Below, in pieces: positions 10,771-20,998 of a DNA stretch of 64,000 nucleotides. This DNA is from a virus. Location: the IMG/VR virus record IMGVR_UViG_3300021963_007958; one strand, 5' to 3'. Each line of letters begins with the position of its first letter. The first letter of the stretch is position 1. The position numbers were made by a program, and so were the translations under genes. Below the pieces are notes generated by a model, which was given only the letters and a program-made list of their open reading frames with translations, searched no databases and had not been told where the DNA came from.

Positions 10771-12411
10771 TTATTTCTTTTCCCCTTCTTTTTTGAGATA
10801 GATGTCCAATAAGTCTTTATCTATCCCCTTCTTAACTCCAGTTGTTGGAATGATGGTAGATTTAAGTCCCATTGCAACGGTATTTTTCTTCTGAGTCTCG
10901 TTGTACTTTGAAAAATTATCCCAGCTAGTTCTAAAGATAGTTCTAAATAGCTTCTTACCTTCTTCGCTCGGTTCAAAGTCTTTACCTAGGATATAGTCAA
11001 TCCCCTCTTTGTTGTCTGAATAAACCTCGTCTACTGTCTTCTTGAGTTCATCTAGAAGTTCTCCCGGGGTTGGAAGATCTTTCTTCTTCTCTTCCGCTTT
11101 CTTTTCTCCTGTTGCTTCTAAGAACTTATTAACGTCAAATTTAACTTTTGCTTCATTAATCTCTTCAAAATCAGTGAAGGATTTAAATCTTCCAAAAGAA
11201 AAGGATTCATTTTGCTTAGTAGATCCTGAATAGGAAAATACCTTATTCAGGAATTCATCGGTGATATCGGAAGTCTTGTCGTCCATGCCAAATCCAGCCT
11301 TAAGTCCTTTAATGATCTTTGCTGTATTGTCTCCAAAATAACCATCCCCTGCAAATTTTCCTTCTGCAAACTTTTTAAAGTCTTCAGACCCTTTAATTAT
11401 GTCTTTGAACTTTCTGATTACTTCTTCTTGGAAAGATTTTACCACTTGATTTTTCTTTCCTTTTACATCATCTTGTTTGACAGTTCCTTTGAACCCTATT
11501 GCATCTTTTGCAGATTTGTTCCAGTTATCTTCGGTCTCTTTTTCTTCTTTTGCCTTCTCTACGAATTTTTTATCATTCTCAGTAGCAGCTTCTAGAGACT
11601 TGAGTGCATCAACAAAAAGAGCTGCTGCCTCTTTATTTGTTTCGTCCTCTTTTGCTAAAGATTCGGACTTCTTAGATAGAAGAGTAGGGATTTCTGAAAT
11701 TTTAGCTGCAATTTCTTCTAGTCTATCCCCGTCGATATCTTTCCTTTTCATATCCACCATCTTACCAACCTCTGCGCTTAGTTGGGTGACTTCATCCTGA
11801 TATTTCTTAACATCTGCCTGCATTCCTGGGATGGCAGACATATCTTTAAGGATTGACATCACTACAGTTATTTCTTTTGAAATGTCTTTAATCTTTCCTT
11901 TCTTACCACTGAAAACACCTTCATTGAGATATTCAAAGCTTTCGTTCTTTTTAGATAAAGCTTGTTCTACTTCCTTTTTGAGATCATTTTCTTTAGAAGA
12001 AGATTGGAGATTTTGTTTTTGGGTATTGATAAAATCTGTGATGGATTTTTCGATCTCCTCTTTATTATCAGGGAGTTTTTCGATAATTTTACCAAGAGCA
12101 GCAATAAATTTTTCTCCTGCTGCTGTCCAGGATTCTCCTGCTGCTTTTGCTTCTGCACTGTCTTTATCGACTGCAGCTTTAACGTTTGCTAGGATTTTCT
12201 TATATGAATCAACTCCTGGAGCTTTTGCAACTGAATCCAAGTCTGCAATAATCTTAGCATCATAGGGATCTTCAGTTAGCTTCAACTGAGACATATATGA
12301 AGTATTAATATAGGACAGGATTTGTTTTAGAAGACCCAGATAGGGTTTTTCTTTGTTTTCCTCTGCTTCGTAAATTTTTGAGAAGGAGGAGAAATCATAA
12401 ATTCTTTTCAT
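10771..12411 (-). CDS. large putative virion protein with PG-binding-like domain, paralog of 8604-10721
   Basis: Shared N-terminus DFSSFSxxYEA, shared GKKGxIxDxSK block, VKSFQ...DGYFG.NT. Confidence 0.65.
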   Translation of the reverse strand: MKRIYDFSSFSKIYEAEENKEKPYLGLLKQILSYINTSYMSQLKLTEDPYDAKIIADLDSVAKAPGVDSYKKILANVKAAVDKDSAEAKAAGESWTAAGEKFIAALGKIIEKLPDNKEEIEKSITDFINTQKQNLQSSSKENDLKKEVEQALSKKNESFEYLNEGVFSGKKGKIKDISKEITVVMSILKDMSAIPGMQADVKKYQDEVTQLSAEVGKMVDMKRKDIDGDRLEEIAAKISEIPTLLSKKSESLAKEDETNKEAAALFVDALKSLEAATENDKKFVEKAKEEKETEDNWNKSAKDAIGFKGTVKQDDVKGKKNQVVKSFQEEVIRKFKDIIKGSEDFKKFAEGKFAGDGYFGDNTAKIIKGLKAGFGMDDKTSDITDEFLNKVFSYSGSTKQNESFSFGRFKSFTDFEEINEAKVKFDVNKFLEATGEKKAEEKKKDLPTPGELLDELKKTVDEVYSDNKEGIDYILGKDFEPSEEGKKLFRTIFRTSWDNFSKYNETQKKNTVAMGLKSTIIPTTGVKKGIDKDLLDIYLKKEGEKK

Positions 12412-12457
12412 TGGACATCTTTTATTTATGTCCTATATATCTCGGAGTAAGATGCTT

Positions 12458-12835
12458 TTAATAAGCCTGATACGACTTTTCTTCCACTAGGGAAGATCCA
12501 GAGGCAAGATTTATCTCTTTCTTTACCCTGGCTCTTTCGTCGTTAGTAAAGTAGACCTCTCTAGCTAGAGAAATAAATTCTTGACCAAAGTCCTTTCTTC
12601 TCTCGCACTCTCTGATGTCATCTTCAACATTCCATAGTTTTTGATTGATGGACTTTAATTCCGAATAAAGCGAGCTAATAGAAGAATTCCTAAGAAGATC
12701 TGTGCAGTCATTAGTTAACTCTCTGTATTCATTTTCGATATTAACTAGCTTAGATGGGTCTGTGATGTTTCCCATTTTAATTTCTAGAATTGAAAATTTA
12801 TCTAAAAGTTCTCCGTTGGAAATTTCTACTTTCAT
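12458..12835 (-). CDS. DUF6165-like protein
   Basis: VEIS.GEL.DK.SILEIK...N..LW..ED.IR..E...AR.VY..ND.R...K..IN...S.L.EEKSY. Confidence 0.75.
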   Translation of the reverse strand: MKVEISNGELLDKFSILEIKMGNITDPSKLVNIENEYRELTNDCTDLLRNSSISSLYSELKSINQKLWNVEDDIRECERRKDFGQEFISLAREVYFTNDERARVKKEINLASGSSLVEEKSYQAY

Positions 12836-12846
12836 AATTAAATTAG

Positions 12847-12936
12847 TGGCGGAGGCTTAGGGATTCGAACCCCAGGATGCCTTTCAACATCTTCAGTTTT
12901 CAAGACTGACGCAATCGACCGCTCTGCCAAACCTCC
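12847..12936 (-). tRNA. tRNA-Ser (anticodon UGA), CCA encoded
   Basis: GGAGGTT acceptor, TGGCAGAGCGG D-arm, TCAGT-CTTGAAA-ACTGA anticodon arm, long variable arm, GGTTCGAATCC, GCCA end. Confidence 0.97.
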
Positions 12937-12977
12937 GTATTTAATATATTATATCTGTCTAAAATAGATTTGTTTCG

Positions 12978-13685
12978 TCAGTTTCTAAAGAAGTCGTGTC
13001 CTCCTCTGACAGACTTATCCAAAAAAAGAACTTTAGATCCATCTTTAATTGGGGTCATGTTTTCTGCAACCGCAAAGGGATGATCCAAAACTAAAGCAGG
13101 GGGATTGTCGTAGAAATATCTGTTTAGATGAGACTCGTCGTGCCAAACTGCAATAATCCCCCTAGATAGATCGTCTTGAATATTCTCAAAGATCAACTCT
13201 GACATTTTAACAAACTCTTTAGAAGATCCCCCGAAAAATCCTCCGCAAAAGTATCTACTATCCGACCCGGTTGGAATACATGCCTTGCTCTCTGAATTTC
13301 TTTCTGGAGACCCTGGACCAACGAAAAGACACGGATGAATAGTTCCAAACATCCCCGGCTTGAGGATATCTGTCGATATTTCTTTGATGAACAAAGAGTC
13401 AACATCAACATAAAAACAGTAATCCGATTTCAATAGCTCATTACTTGCGGAAAGAAAATAATCAAATCTTTTTAGAGTTGTAAAAGGCCAAGGCTCATGC
13501 TGTATTTCATTCTTAATAAATTTAATTCTCTTATATGAATTAAGGCTGATAGGAAGATCTAGATTAGTGTGAACTATCACAGTAATCTCTGCCTCGGGGA
13601 AGAAAAATTCATCTATTGATGGGCAGACGATATCCAAAAAAGAGATATACTTGTTTGTTGCAATTAAATTTAAAGCTATTTTCAT
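12978..13685 (-). CDS. family 6 glycosyltransferase (ABO-type alpha-1,3-Gal/GalNAc transferase), DXD type
   Basis: IATNKY, DVD, YFCGGFFGG, AVWHDESHLNRY. Confidence 0.9.
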   Translation of the reverse strand: MKIALNLIATNKYISFLDIVCPSIDEFFFPEAEITVIVHTNLDLPISLNSYKRIKFIKNEIQHEPWPFTTLKRFDYFLSASNELLKSDYCFYVDVDSLFIKEISTDILKPGMFGTIHPCLFVGPGSPERNSESKACIPTGSDSRYFCGGFFGGSSKEFVKMSELIFENIQDDLSRGIIAVWHDESHLNRYFYDNPPALVLDHPFAVAENMTPIKDGSKVLFLDKSVRGGHDFFRN

Positions 13686-14407
13686 TTTAAAGATGTTGGA
13701 CTTACTTGTGGTTTTGGTACAACCTCAGTCTTTCTGAGGGTAGCAGCTCCATTTGAGTTGTCCCCTGTAATCTGAGAAGAGTGAAGTCTATAATTTAAAA
13801 GATAATCATCAACGATGAACATTTTAAATCCACCCTCAGAAGCTCTCTTCCAAAGAAGAAAATCCTCCTGAGGGATTTCGGATGGGATGTATCTATTATG
13901 CTCCCAAAAATTCTTAGAAAAAGCAACAGAAGGATGTGCTATTACATTGTGTCCCCCTGAAAGATTTTTTTCTATCTGTCCCATGTCAGCTAAGTTAATG
14001 TATTTAAGTGTGGTATCGGTTCCGTTTCTCTCCTCGAAATAACACATGTTGCTGGAAACTAAATCCATTCCGTTCTTCAGCTCCACCATCTGCTTTTCGA
14101 TTCTATTTGGATTGTAAAAATCGTCCAGATTTGTATTAAACACAAAATCGCAACCGTCAGAAAATGCACGATCTATAATAAAGTTCATTGCTTCCGCGTG
14201 ATTTGAGAATTTTTTACTGTGGAATTCTCTTTCTTGGTCATGTGAAATTCCTTCAAAGATAGAATAGTCATCTCCTCCATAATTAATCTCGTAGATCTTG
14301 AAGTCATTATCTCTTTGAAATATCATAGAATTGATACATCTATCCACCCACCTTTTCGGGTAGATCATTTGGATTTCCTTATGGAAAAAAATAACTCCTT
14401 TTTTCAT
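13682..14407 (-). CDS. GT2-like glycosyltransferase
   Basis: NLDD...RIEKQ, HPSV, EDF.LW.R, YRLHSSQIT. Confidence 0.8.
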   Translation of the reverse strand: MKKGVIFFHKEIQMIYPKRWVDRCINSMIFQRDNDFKIYEINYGGDDYSIFEGISHDQEREFHSKKFSNHAEAMNFIIDRAFSDGCDFVFNTNLDDFYNPNRIEKQMVELKNGMDLVSSNMCYFEERNGTDTTLKYINLADMGQIEKNLSGGHNVIAHPSVAFSKNFWEHNRYIPSEIPQEDFLLWKRASEGGFKMFIVDDYLLNYRLHSSQITGDNSNGAATLRKTEVVPKPQVSPTSLK

Positions 14408-14931
14408 GATCGGATGTATGCAACGAGAATATCTTGATCTTGATGACCGTTCAGAAATTCAAATTTATACTCTGGATTTATCTCTTCTAGCTTTTTATAG
14501 ATGTCGTCTTTAAAAAATCCATGAACCGGATTTGGCTCCTCCCAGCATCTCATATCGTCTATCATGATGGTATGATCTTTGATTGGATGATCTTTAATTG
14601 CATCTAACTCTTGCATAAGAGGGGTCCAATAATCTCCAAGAGCTGTGTCCCCACAAGAGTGATGGCCATCTAGCCAGAATGTGATTTTTTTGTCTATCCC
14701 TCTAATAACATCCGGAAGAACTTTATATGAGTCCCCGTGGACAATTTTCACTCTAGGATTTGATTCGAATCTTTTTCTGGTCTCCTCAAAATATTTATCG
14801 GATAGCTCGATGGAGATAACTTCAGGGAATCCTGCTTCTAGAGCCTGTTGAACCCCGTCTCCGATTAGAGATCCGGTTTCGATGAAGATCTCATTTTTAT
14901 GTCTTCTAAAATTTTCTGTATTTGATGGCAT
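14404..14931 (-). CDS. class I SAM-dependent methyltransferase-like protein
   Basis: FIETGS..G, SIEL, GDS, FWLDGH, IDD. Confidence 0.7.
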   Translation of the reverse strand: MPSNTENFRRHKNEIFIETGSLIGDGVQQALEAGFPEVISIELSDKYFEETRKRFESNPRVKIVHGDSYKVLPDVIRGIDKKITFWLDGHHSCGDTALGDYWTPLMQELDAIKDHPIKDHTIMIDDMRCWEEPNPVHGFFKDDIYKKLEEINPEYKFEFLNGHQDQDILVAYIRS

Positions 14932-14939
14932 GATATATC

Positions 14940-15602
14940 TTAAATTTCCATTCCCATACTTTTGATTGTTTCAAAAAGAAATTGGTTTTTTTCTTCTAGT
15001 GTGTTTTGTGAGGTTGGCATCCAGCAAGATCCATTGAGATAGTGTACTGCAAGATCCGAAATCTTAATAATAACTTTGGAATTTTGAAGAAACCCCGTGG
15101 TTGGATTCCCTAGATATTCTTCTTGGACCCACTTTACTCTATTTCCTGCATCAACCAGAATGTGAGTTCCTCCCCCAGTGTCAAATCCTGAATGTGGAGA
15201 AAAATCTACATGGGAAACAGAAATTCCCCTTCTGCCAACTATAAATCCTGGCCAGAGATAGGATTTTCCGTTATTGATCTGTTGAATAGAAATAAGATCG
15301 AAATCACTTAGATCTATATTTTTACATATGAAGATGTCGTGGTCTGTTATACACCAGTCTTCAGATTGATCTATGATACCTCTTAAAAAATTTAAAGCAG
15401 ATCCGTGGGACATTGAAGAACTCATCCCTACTGGGTGTGTGTGATTGTGACATTCAACCCCTAGCTCTCTGCACTTGGATTCGATTGCTGGACTTGCCTG
15501 ATTGTTAATAACAACTAGCTTATATCCTTCTAATTTATCTAGACACTTCTTTTGTATTTCAACAAAGTCTGGTCTATTAAAGTGAACTGAATAAACTTTC
15601 AT
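14940..15602 (-). CDS. putative GT-A fold glycosyltransferase
   Basis: NRPDF...Q, HG.ALN, DHD DxD-like motif, DTGG. Confidence 0.55.
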   Translation of the reverse strand: MKVYSVHFNRPDFVEIQKKCLDKLEGYKLVVINNQASPAIESKCRELGVECHNHTHPVGMSSSMSHGSALNFLRGIIDQSEDWCITDHDIFICKNIDLSDFDLISIQQINNGKSYLWPGFIVGRRGISVSHVDFSPHSGFDTGGGTHILVDAGNRVKWVQEEYLGNPTTGFLQNSKVIIKISDLAVHYLNGSCWMPTSQNTLEEKNQFLFETIKSMGMEI

Positions 15603-15641
15603 GATTTAAGTTATAGTTTTATTTACAGGGCAAGTTTCTTT

Positions 15642-16742
15642 TTATCCCAATTCTTTCTTTGATTTTGAGAGGGCGGATGCAATTACCTGATGCATATCAT
15701 AGTACTTATACTCGGCAAGTCTACCTCCAAAAATGAAATTACTTAATTTCTCAGACTCTTTTTTGTAGAGGGAATATATTTTATTATTCTTCCCGTCATT
15801 AATTGGATAATAAGGAATATCTCCTCTTGAATATTCTTTTGGGTATTCTCGGGTTATCCAGGTAACATCAGACTTTGACCCTTCAAAGTGCTTGTGTTCT
15901 GTTATTCTGGTATGAGAAATTTCTTTCTCTGTATAATTAACTATTGAGCATCCCTGATAGTCCTCAGTCTCCACTCTCTCATTTTGAAAATCCAGAGATC
16001 TATATTCAAGCTCTCCGAATTTGTAATTAAAAAATCTATCTATTTTTCCGGTAAAGATGATCTTATCTGATATTGAATTATAGTATTTAGAATCCGAAAA
16101 ATAGTCCACCCCAGTTTTAACCTCAATCCCATCTAGAATATTTTGGATCATTTGAGTATATCCTCCCACAGGAATTCCTTGATATTGATCAAAGAAATAA
16201 TTATCATCGAAAGTAAAACGAATAGGAATTCTTTTTATTATGGAAACAGGAAGATTTTTTGGATCTCTTCCCCACTGCTTAAAAGTGTATCCTTTAATAA
16301 AAATTTCATAGATCTCCTCTCCAACCTGGCTCAAAGCCCATTCTTCTAGATTCTTTGGATTTTTAATAGGAACTGCTTTTTCTTTAATTTTATCTATGGC
16401 TTCTTGGGGAGTTTTAGTTCCCCAGACCTGATGGAGAGTTAGAAGATTAATCGGGAAAGAGTAAATTTTATCTCGGTAACTTACTCTAGGGGAGTGTTTA
16501 TACGCACGAAATTCAGAAAACCTATTGACATAATCCCAGATCCTTTTATCGTCCGTATGGAAGATGTGAGGACCATATACGTGGATGTTTATCCCATCTT
16601 TTTGTTCAGTATAACAGTTTCCAGCAATGTGGTTTCTTTCTTCTATAAGAAGGCACTTTTTCCCCTTGTCGGTAGCTTCTCTAGCAAAAACGGATCCAAA
16701 TAATCCAGATCCTACTATTAGATAATCATACTTTTTTGTCAT
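15642..16742 (-). CDS. glf: UDP-galactopyranose mutase
   Basis: GSGLFG, HIAGNCY, YGPHIFHT, GYT.KQWG, GRLAEYKYYDM. Confidence 0.97.
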   Translation of the reverse strand: MTKKYDYLIVGSGLFGSVFAREATDKGKKCLLIEERNHIAGNCYTEQKDGINIHVYGPHIFHTDDKRIWDYVNRFSEFRAYKHSPRVSYRDKIYSFPINLLTLHQVWGTKTPQEAIDKIKEKAVPIKNPKNLEEWALSQVGEEIYEIFIKGYTFKQWGRDPKNLPVSIIKRIPIRFTFDDNYFFDQYQGIPVGGYTQMIQNILDGIEVKTGVDYFSDSKYYNSISDKIIFTGKIDRFFNYKFGELEYRSLDFQNERVETEDYQGCSIVNYTEKEISHTRITEHKHFEGSKSDVTWITREYPKEYSRGDIPYYPINDGKNNKIYSLYKKESEKLSNFIFGGRLAEYKYYDMHQVIASALSKSKKELG

Positions 16743-17383
16743 TAATTAAATATCAAATACCAAGACCTTTCAAATGCATGTCCTTCTGACGGATTAGTGA
16801 CATCAGAACTTTTATCTAATATTTCGAGACATCGGGTGTAAAATTCTTTTGAATTTTTGTTTATTAAATCTTTAGACACACCAAAAATTGCTCCAGTTCC
16901 AAATATCCATTTCTTAGATCTGATATCTGGAATAATTTCAAGAGGGACAGTTAAACAACAAGAATTAAGAGAGTGCTTATTTCTCCAAAAAGATCCGTTT
17001 AGATTTCCACTTTCCTCTACTCCATCATCCACAATTTTCATTTCTAACACGTTTTTGGAGAAATATTTAAATCCGATTTCCGAATCCAAGAATTTATGAA
17101 TCTCGGATTTAAAATTCTCCGATACATGGTCATCTGGGTGAGCTTGGGTAAAAATAATTCTTTCGGGGAGACTATCAAAAAATTTTACAATGTGATAGAG
17201 ATATGTTTGAGATTCCCTCCCAATATTCTCCATATTAATTATGGACACTCCCGGTCCAAAATCAATTTCGATTTTTTGACCTTTATTATAGATGAAAACT
17301 TGAGTGTCTTCTCCGGAGATGTCTTTTACCCAAGACAAGTCTTCATTATATCTAGCAACTACTATGTGATTTTTTTGACTCAT
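16742..17383 (-). CDS. DUF3431-like protein
   Basis: VVARYNEDLSW, N.GRES.TYL.HI, F.Q..P.DH, GAIF.VS, FERSW. Confidence 0.8.
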   Translation of the reverse strand: MSQKNHIVVARYNEDLSWVKDISGEDTQVFIYNKGQKIEIDFGPGVSIINMENIGRESQTYLYHIVKFFDSLPERIIFTQAHPDDHVSENFKSEIHKFLDSEIGFKYFSKNVLEMKIVDDGVEESGNLNGSFWRNKHSLNSCCLTVPLEIIPDIRSKKWIFGTGAIFGVSKDLINKNSKEFYTRCLEILDKSSDVTNPSEGHAFERSWYLIFN

Positions 17384-17970
17384 TATTCCTTAATTGCCCA
17401 CCAAACGTGACCATCTGCTTCAACTATGCTAAGACCATTTTGTTCCGCAAATCTATTTACTGCATCAGAAACCCCAGGAAAATTAGAATGATTATAGTCG
17501 TGACCCGAAATCATCCCACCTTTCCTTATTTTTGGGAACCAGTGATTAAGATCCTCTGTTACCCCTTCGTCAGTATGAAGAGCATCGATAAAAACAAAAT
17601 CTAATTCCTCTTGAACGTCCGAAGAAGCATCCGTAGTTGACTTTCTAATTAAAGTAAATCTATCTCCAAACTGGGACATTCTATTTAGAGTAAACTCATA
17701 TAGATCATCATAATTTTTCTGTTGATAAGAAATCCCATCCCAGAAAAAAGCATCCGTTGTATTTCCATAGTTTTGATATAAGTCAACACCATACAATTTT
17801 TCGATCTGGGTATTTTCTAAAATTTGTTCAGAGTGACCTCCAAAAGCAACACCAAGTTCAGCTCCCTTTTTATACCCTCTATCGTTAATGATTGCCGGAA
17901 TTACATGATAATATAAATCCCCCCAGCTTTTGTCTGCTTGGTCTGCGTGTAAATGTGAAATATTTTCCAT
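17383..17970 (-). CDS. class I SAM methyltransferase (Methyltransf_24-like)
   Basis: ELGVAFG, DFVFIDALH, GG.ISGHDY. Confidence 0.85.
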   Translation of the reverse strand: MENISHLHADQADKSWGDLYYHVIPAIINDRGYKKGAELGVAFGGHSEQILENTQIEKLYGVDLYQNYGNTTDAFFWDGISYQQKNYDDLYEFTLNRMSQFGDRFTLIRKSTTDASSDVQEELDFVFIDALHTDEGVTEDLNHWFPKIRKGGMISGHDYNHSNFPGVSDAVNRFAEQNGLSIVEADGHVWWAIKE

Positions 17971-18734
17971 TAGATTGTTTCAGATTTAAATTTTTGTAAA
18001 ATTCTGGAATTATAAATCCCGGAGAGGTTCGAGGTGTTTGTCCAGTGGCTTCCCGGGTGCATTCTATGATAGTATTCTGCTTTATTCAGAACCTTAATTT
18101 TTCCTCCTGATTTCATCCAGTAGTAATTAAATGCAATTGCATCGCATCCGTATGGTTCCCTCATAGAATGATCTTCCTCTTCAAAAATCAGAGGAGCTCT
18201 TTCTAGATAAAATTTTCTATAAGAAAAGAAATTTCCCGCATTCAAAAGTCCATCAAATCCATAGTCTTTATCGTGAATCGGTTTGACCTCATTGAATCCA
18301 ATAGGGTCATTTCCAAATCTTCCGTGGTCCCAGCATCCCTCACATCTTCCCCAAGGTTCTACATTTCCATTTGCTAGCATCATATCTGCATAATATGAAA
18401 CGTTGGAGTCCCATGGAAATTCCGAATATAGACTATCCAGATAACTTTTGTAAAGATAGTTATCAGAATCTAAAAGGATTACCCAATCTAGTGTGCAATT
18501 TTTAATTGTCTCCAGTTTATTCTTATAAGCTCCAAGGTTAGATGAATTTCTAAAAACCTTAATTTTCTCACTCCTATCTTTCAATTTTAAAACATTCTGA
18601 AAATCTGATTCTGGAGAGAAATCATCATTGATTACAATTTCTCCTATTCGGTCATCGTGGAGAATATTATTAAGACACTCTTCAAGAAGAGCTGATCGAT
18701 TATAATGAGGGATTCCTACTGCTATTTTTTCCAT
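17970..18734 (-). CDS. GT2 glycosyltransferase
   Basis: IPHYNR, DD.S, NLG...N, LLDSDN, Y.HR.H. Confidence 0.85.
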   Translation of the reverse strand: MEKIAVGIPHYNRSALLEECLNNILHDDRIGEIVINDDFSPESDFQNVLKLKDRSEKIKVFRNSSNLGAYKNKLETIKNCTLDWVILLDSDNYLYKSYLDSLYSEFPWDSNVSYYADMMLANGNVEPWGRCEGCWDHGRFGNDPIGFNEVKPIHDKDYGFDGLLNAGNFFSYRKFYLERAPLIFEEEDHSMREPYGCDAIAFNYYWMKSGGKIKVLNKAEYYHRMHPGSHWTNTSNLSGIYNSRILQKFKSETI

Positions 18735-18735
18735 T

Positions 18736-19587
18736 TTATTTAAATTCCTTTACTGTTTGTGTTATAGAAGAAGAACATCCTTCCATAGTGAAAAACTTGG
18801 GATAAATTTCGTTGATGTATTTTCTTCTTTCCTCAATTTCTTCCTTGGATATAGAGTCAATAATTTCCGGGATCTTTTCTATATCTTTCTCCTTTAAAAG
18901 AACAGCTAGTTTATTCCAATCCACTTTATCCGAGAAAGGAAGCCAGTGGTCCACATCATCCTCAACAATATAAATCGGAATTGCTCCAACTTCTAAAGTT
19001 TCATATAGTCTAAATGAACTTACTCCATATCCTCTTGGACAAAGGGAGAAAGTAGACTGTTGAAGATGATCTAAGAATAAAGTAACATCATCCCCAGAAT
19101 CTTTCAAATAAAATCCGGGAAGTCCAGTAAGGACCTCGAACATTTTGGGTCTAACCCTGCTCCCTATCCTTCCAATAAAAGAAGCCTTATAGGTGTCATT
19201 CTCCCATTTTGCTCCGTGGGGATCGCATAGAAGGGGAATTGGAAAATCCTTCATGACCGTAGAGCTATTTCCACAGCAGGAAAAAGTGATTAGATTCGGC
19301 ATAGACACCCTTACTCCATCGTCATATTGAACAACGGTAAAATAAGTTTTATCTTTAGGAAGAGAATCACAGAATGCTTGAAGTTCTTGATATGAATTTC
19401 CCCAGTTATGACTGACATGATATGAAGTCCAAAAAATAGGAAGATAACAAAGATCTGTTTCAATGTGATCTTTATTTCTTAGAGCATACTGATAGAAGTA
19501 TTCCTCTATTAAAAGTCCAGATTGATGGACCGGATAATTGAAGGGCATCCTTTCCCTAAATCTATCAGGGGTTTGTACTATTTCCAT
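18736..19587 (-). CDS. exostosin-family (GT47) glycosyltransferase
   Basis: STFSLCPRGYG.SSFRLYE.L..GAIP...LPF...DW. Confidence 0.85.
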   Translation of the reverse strand: MEIVQTPDRFRERMPFNYPVHQSGLLIEEYFYQYALRNKDHIETDLCYLPIFWTSYHVSHNWGNSYQELQAFCDSLPKDKTYFTVVQYDDGVRVSMPNLITFSCCGNSSTVMKDFPIPLLCDPHGAKWENDTYKASFIGRIGSRVRPKMFEVLTGLPGFYLKDSGDDVTLFLDHLQQSTFSLCPRGYGVSSFRLYETLEVGAIPIYIVEDDVDHWLPFSDKVDWNKLAVLLKEKDIEKIPEIIDSISKEEIEERRKYINEIYPKFFTMEGCSSSITQTVKEFK

Positions 19588-20129
19588 TATATGATAGAGA
19601 ATTTTTTCTTCACACCATCTGGAGTTGCATGAACACTCTCTAGAGTTAAAATAGGTCTTCCAGTTCTTTCTGAAATAACCTCTGCTTTTCTATAGTGAAA
19701 CTTATCATGAGTATCATCAACCAATACGGTTTTACTGAGATCAAAAAGATCTAAATAACTAAGCAATCCTCCTCTATATCCCTTAGGACCATCTACCAAT
19801 ATTAAGTCGTAATTCCCAACATTTTTCATCTCTTCTTTTAGAACTTCAGGGTCGTACCAGTGAGAGTCCTCTTGGAAAAAATCCCACATGAAAGGAAATT
19901 TCTCTTTAGAATATGGAATCAATGGAACCGAAAGATATTGAGAGTCATATTTCCCGATAAAGTTGGGATCATCTTCAATAGAGATCATTTTATATTCTCT
20001 AGAAAGAACCTCAGTTCCTGATCCGCTTCCAAGTTCTAGAATAGTGCTTCCTTTGGGAAGTATTTTCTGGATTTCCAAGAAAGTCTCGGGACAAAGTCCC
20101 CATCCGTCGTAATTGTAATTTTCTATCAT
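19587..20129 (-). CDS. class I SAM methyltransferase-like
   Basis: ILELGSGSGT, DLILVDGP, DD. Confidence 0.75.
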   Translation of the reverse strand: MIENYNYDGWGLCPETFLEIQKILPKGSTILELGSGSGTEVLSREYKMISIEDDPNFIGKYDSQYLSVPLIPYSKEKFPFMWDFFQEDSHWYDPEVLKEEMKNVGNYDLILVDGPKGYRGGLLSYLDLFDLSKTVLVDDTHDKFHYRKAEVISERTGRPILTLESVHATPDGVKKKFSII

Positions 20130-20131
20130 TA

Positions 20132-20998
20132 TTATTTTAAAATTATTTCATTTCTTCCTGCTGTGTCTAGATAATCGATTCTATCTATTCCTGAATAGTC
20201 ATATCCATCTAGAATAAAATTAGTCCATTCACCAAAGTAAGGTCTTTCTAGGGAGGTTGTTCCTGCTAGTGCAGAAATCCCACATCCAACATCGATAAAA
20301 ACAGAATTTTTATAGTTTTTAAACTTATGGGCAACTGCTAACTTTGCTATTCCAATTCCGAAAATAAAAACATCTGCTTTAGATTTAGAAAGGCCCTCAC
20401 CAATTATTCTCTCAAGATTTTCCGGGTCATCACAAGAAAATCTCTCCGGAACTTCGATGTAATCTACAAATTCTTCAACTCCTAGATATTTTCTATATTC
20501 CTCCCTCTTCATCATCTCTTTGATGAGATGGATTTTTTCAGACCCTCCTATTATCCCAATGCTAGATGGGAATTGTTTAAATATCCATCTGCTTGAAATT
20601 ACAGAATAGGCAAATTCCATAGGAAAATCTATTTTTCTAAAATCTATTACCCTATTAAAATCTTCCGTCCATTCTGTATATAGTTGGGTCATTAAATAAT
20701 CTGACTCTTTAATTCCATCCCAAAAAACAGATAAGTCGATAGAGTTTATATTTTTACTGAGATGTCTTCTAGGAATATTAGTTCCATCTACTCTCTTTTC
20801 CAAAAATCTAAATTCCCCATCTGCAACCCTCAGAAAAAGATTTGGTGTTTTATTTTTGACGGAATCTAAAATTATCTCCTTGAATCTCGAAAAGTCCTCC
20901 TTAAAAGAAGGCCAAGTAGACTCCATATTATAGCAAGGATGATCTATATCATAAGAACAGATATTCCCAGTCCCCTCTATCTTATACAGATCAATCAT
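20132..20998 (-). CDS. putative GT-D fold-like glycosyltransferase
   Basis: R..DGE, G.G..K, IDVG motifs. Confidence 0.55.
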   Translation of the reverse strand: MIDLYKIEGTGNICSYDIDHPCYNMESTWPSFKEDFSRFKEIILDSVKNKTPNLFLRVADGEFRFLEKRVDGTNIPRRHLSKNINSIDLSVFWDGIKESDYLMTQLYTEWTEDFNRVIDFRKIDFPMEFAYSVISSRWIFKQFPSSIGIIGGSEKIHLIKEMMKREEYRKYLGVEEFVDYIEVPERFSCDDPENLERIIGEGLSKSKADVFIFGIGIAKLAVAHKFKNYKNSVFIDVGCGISALAGTTSLERPYFGEWTNFILDGYDYSGIDRIDYLDTAGRNEIILK

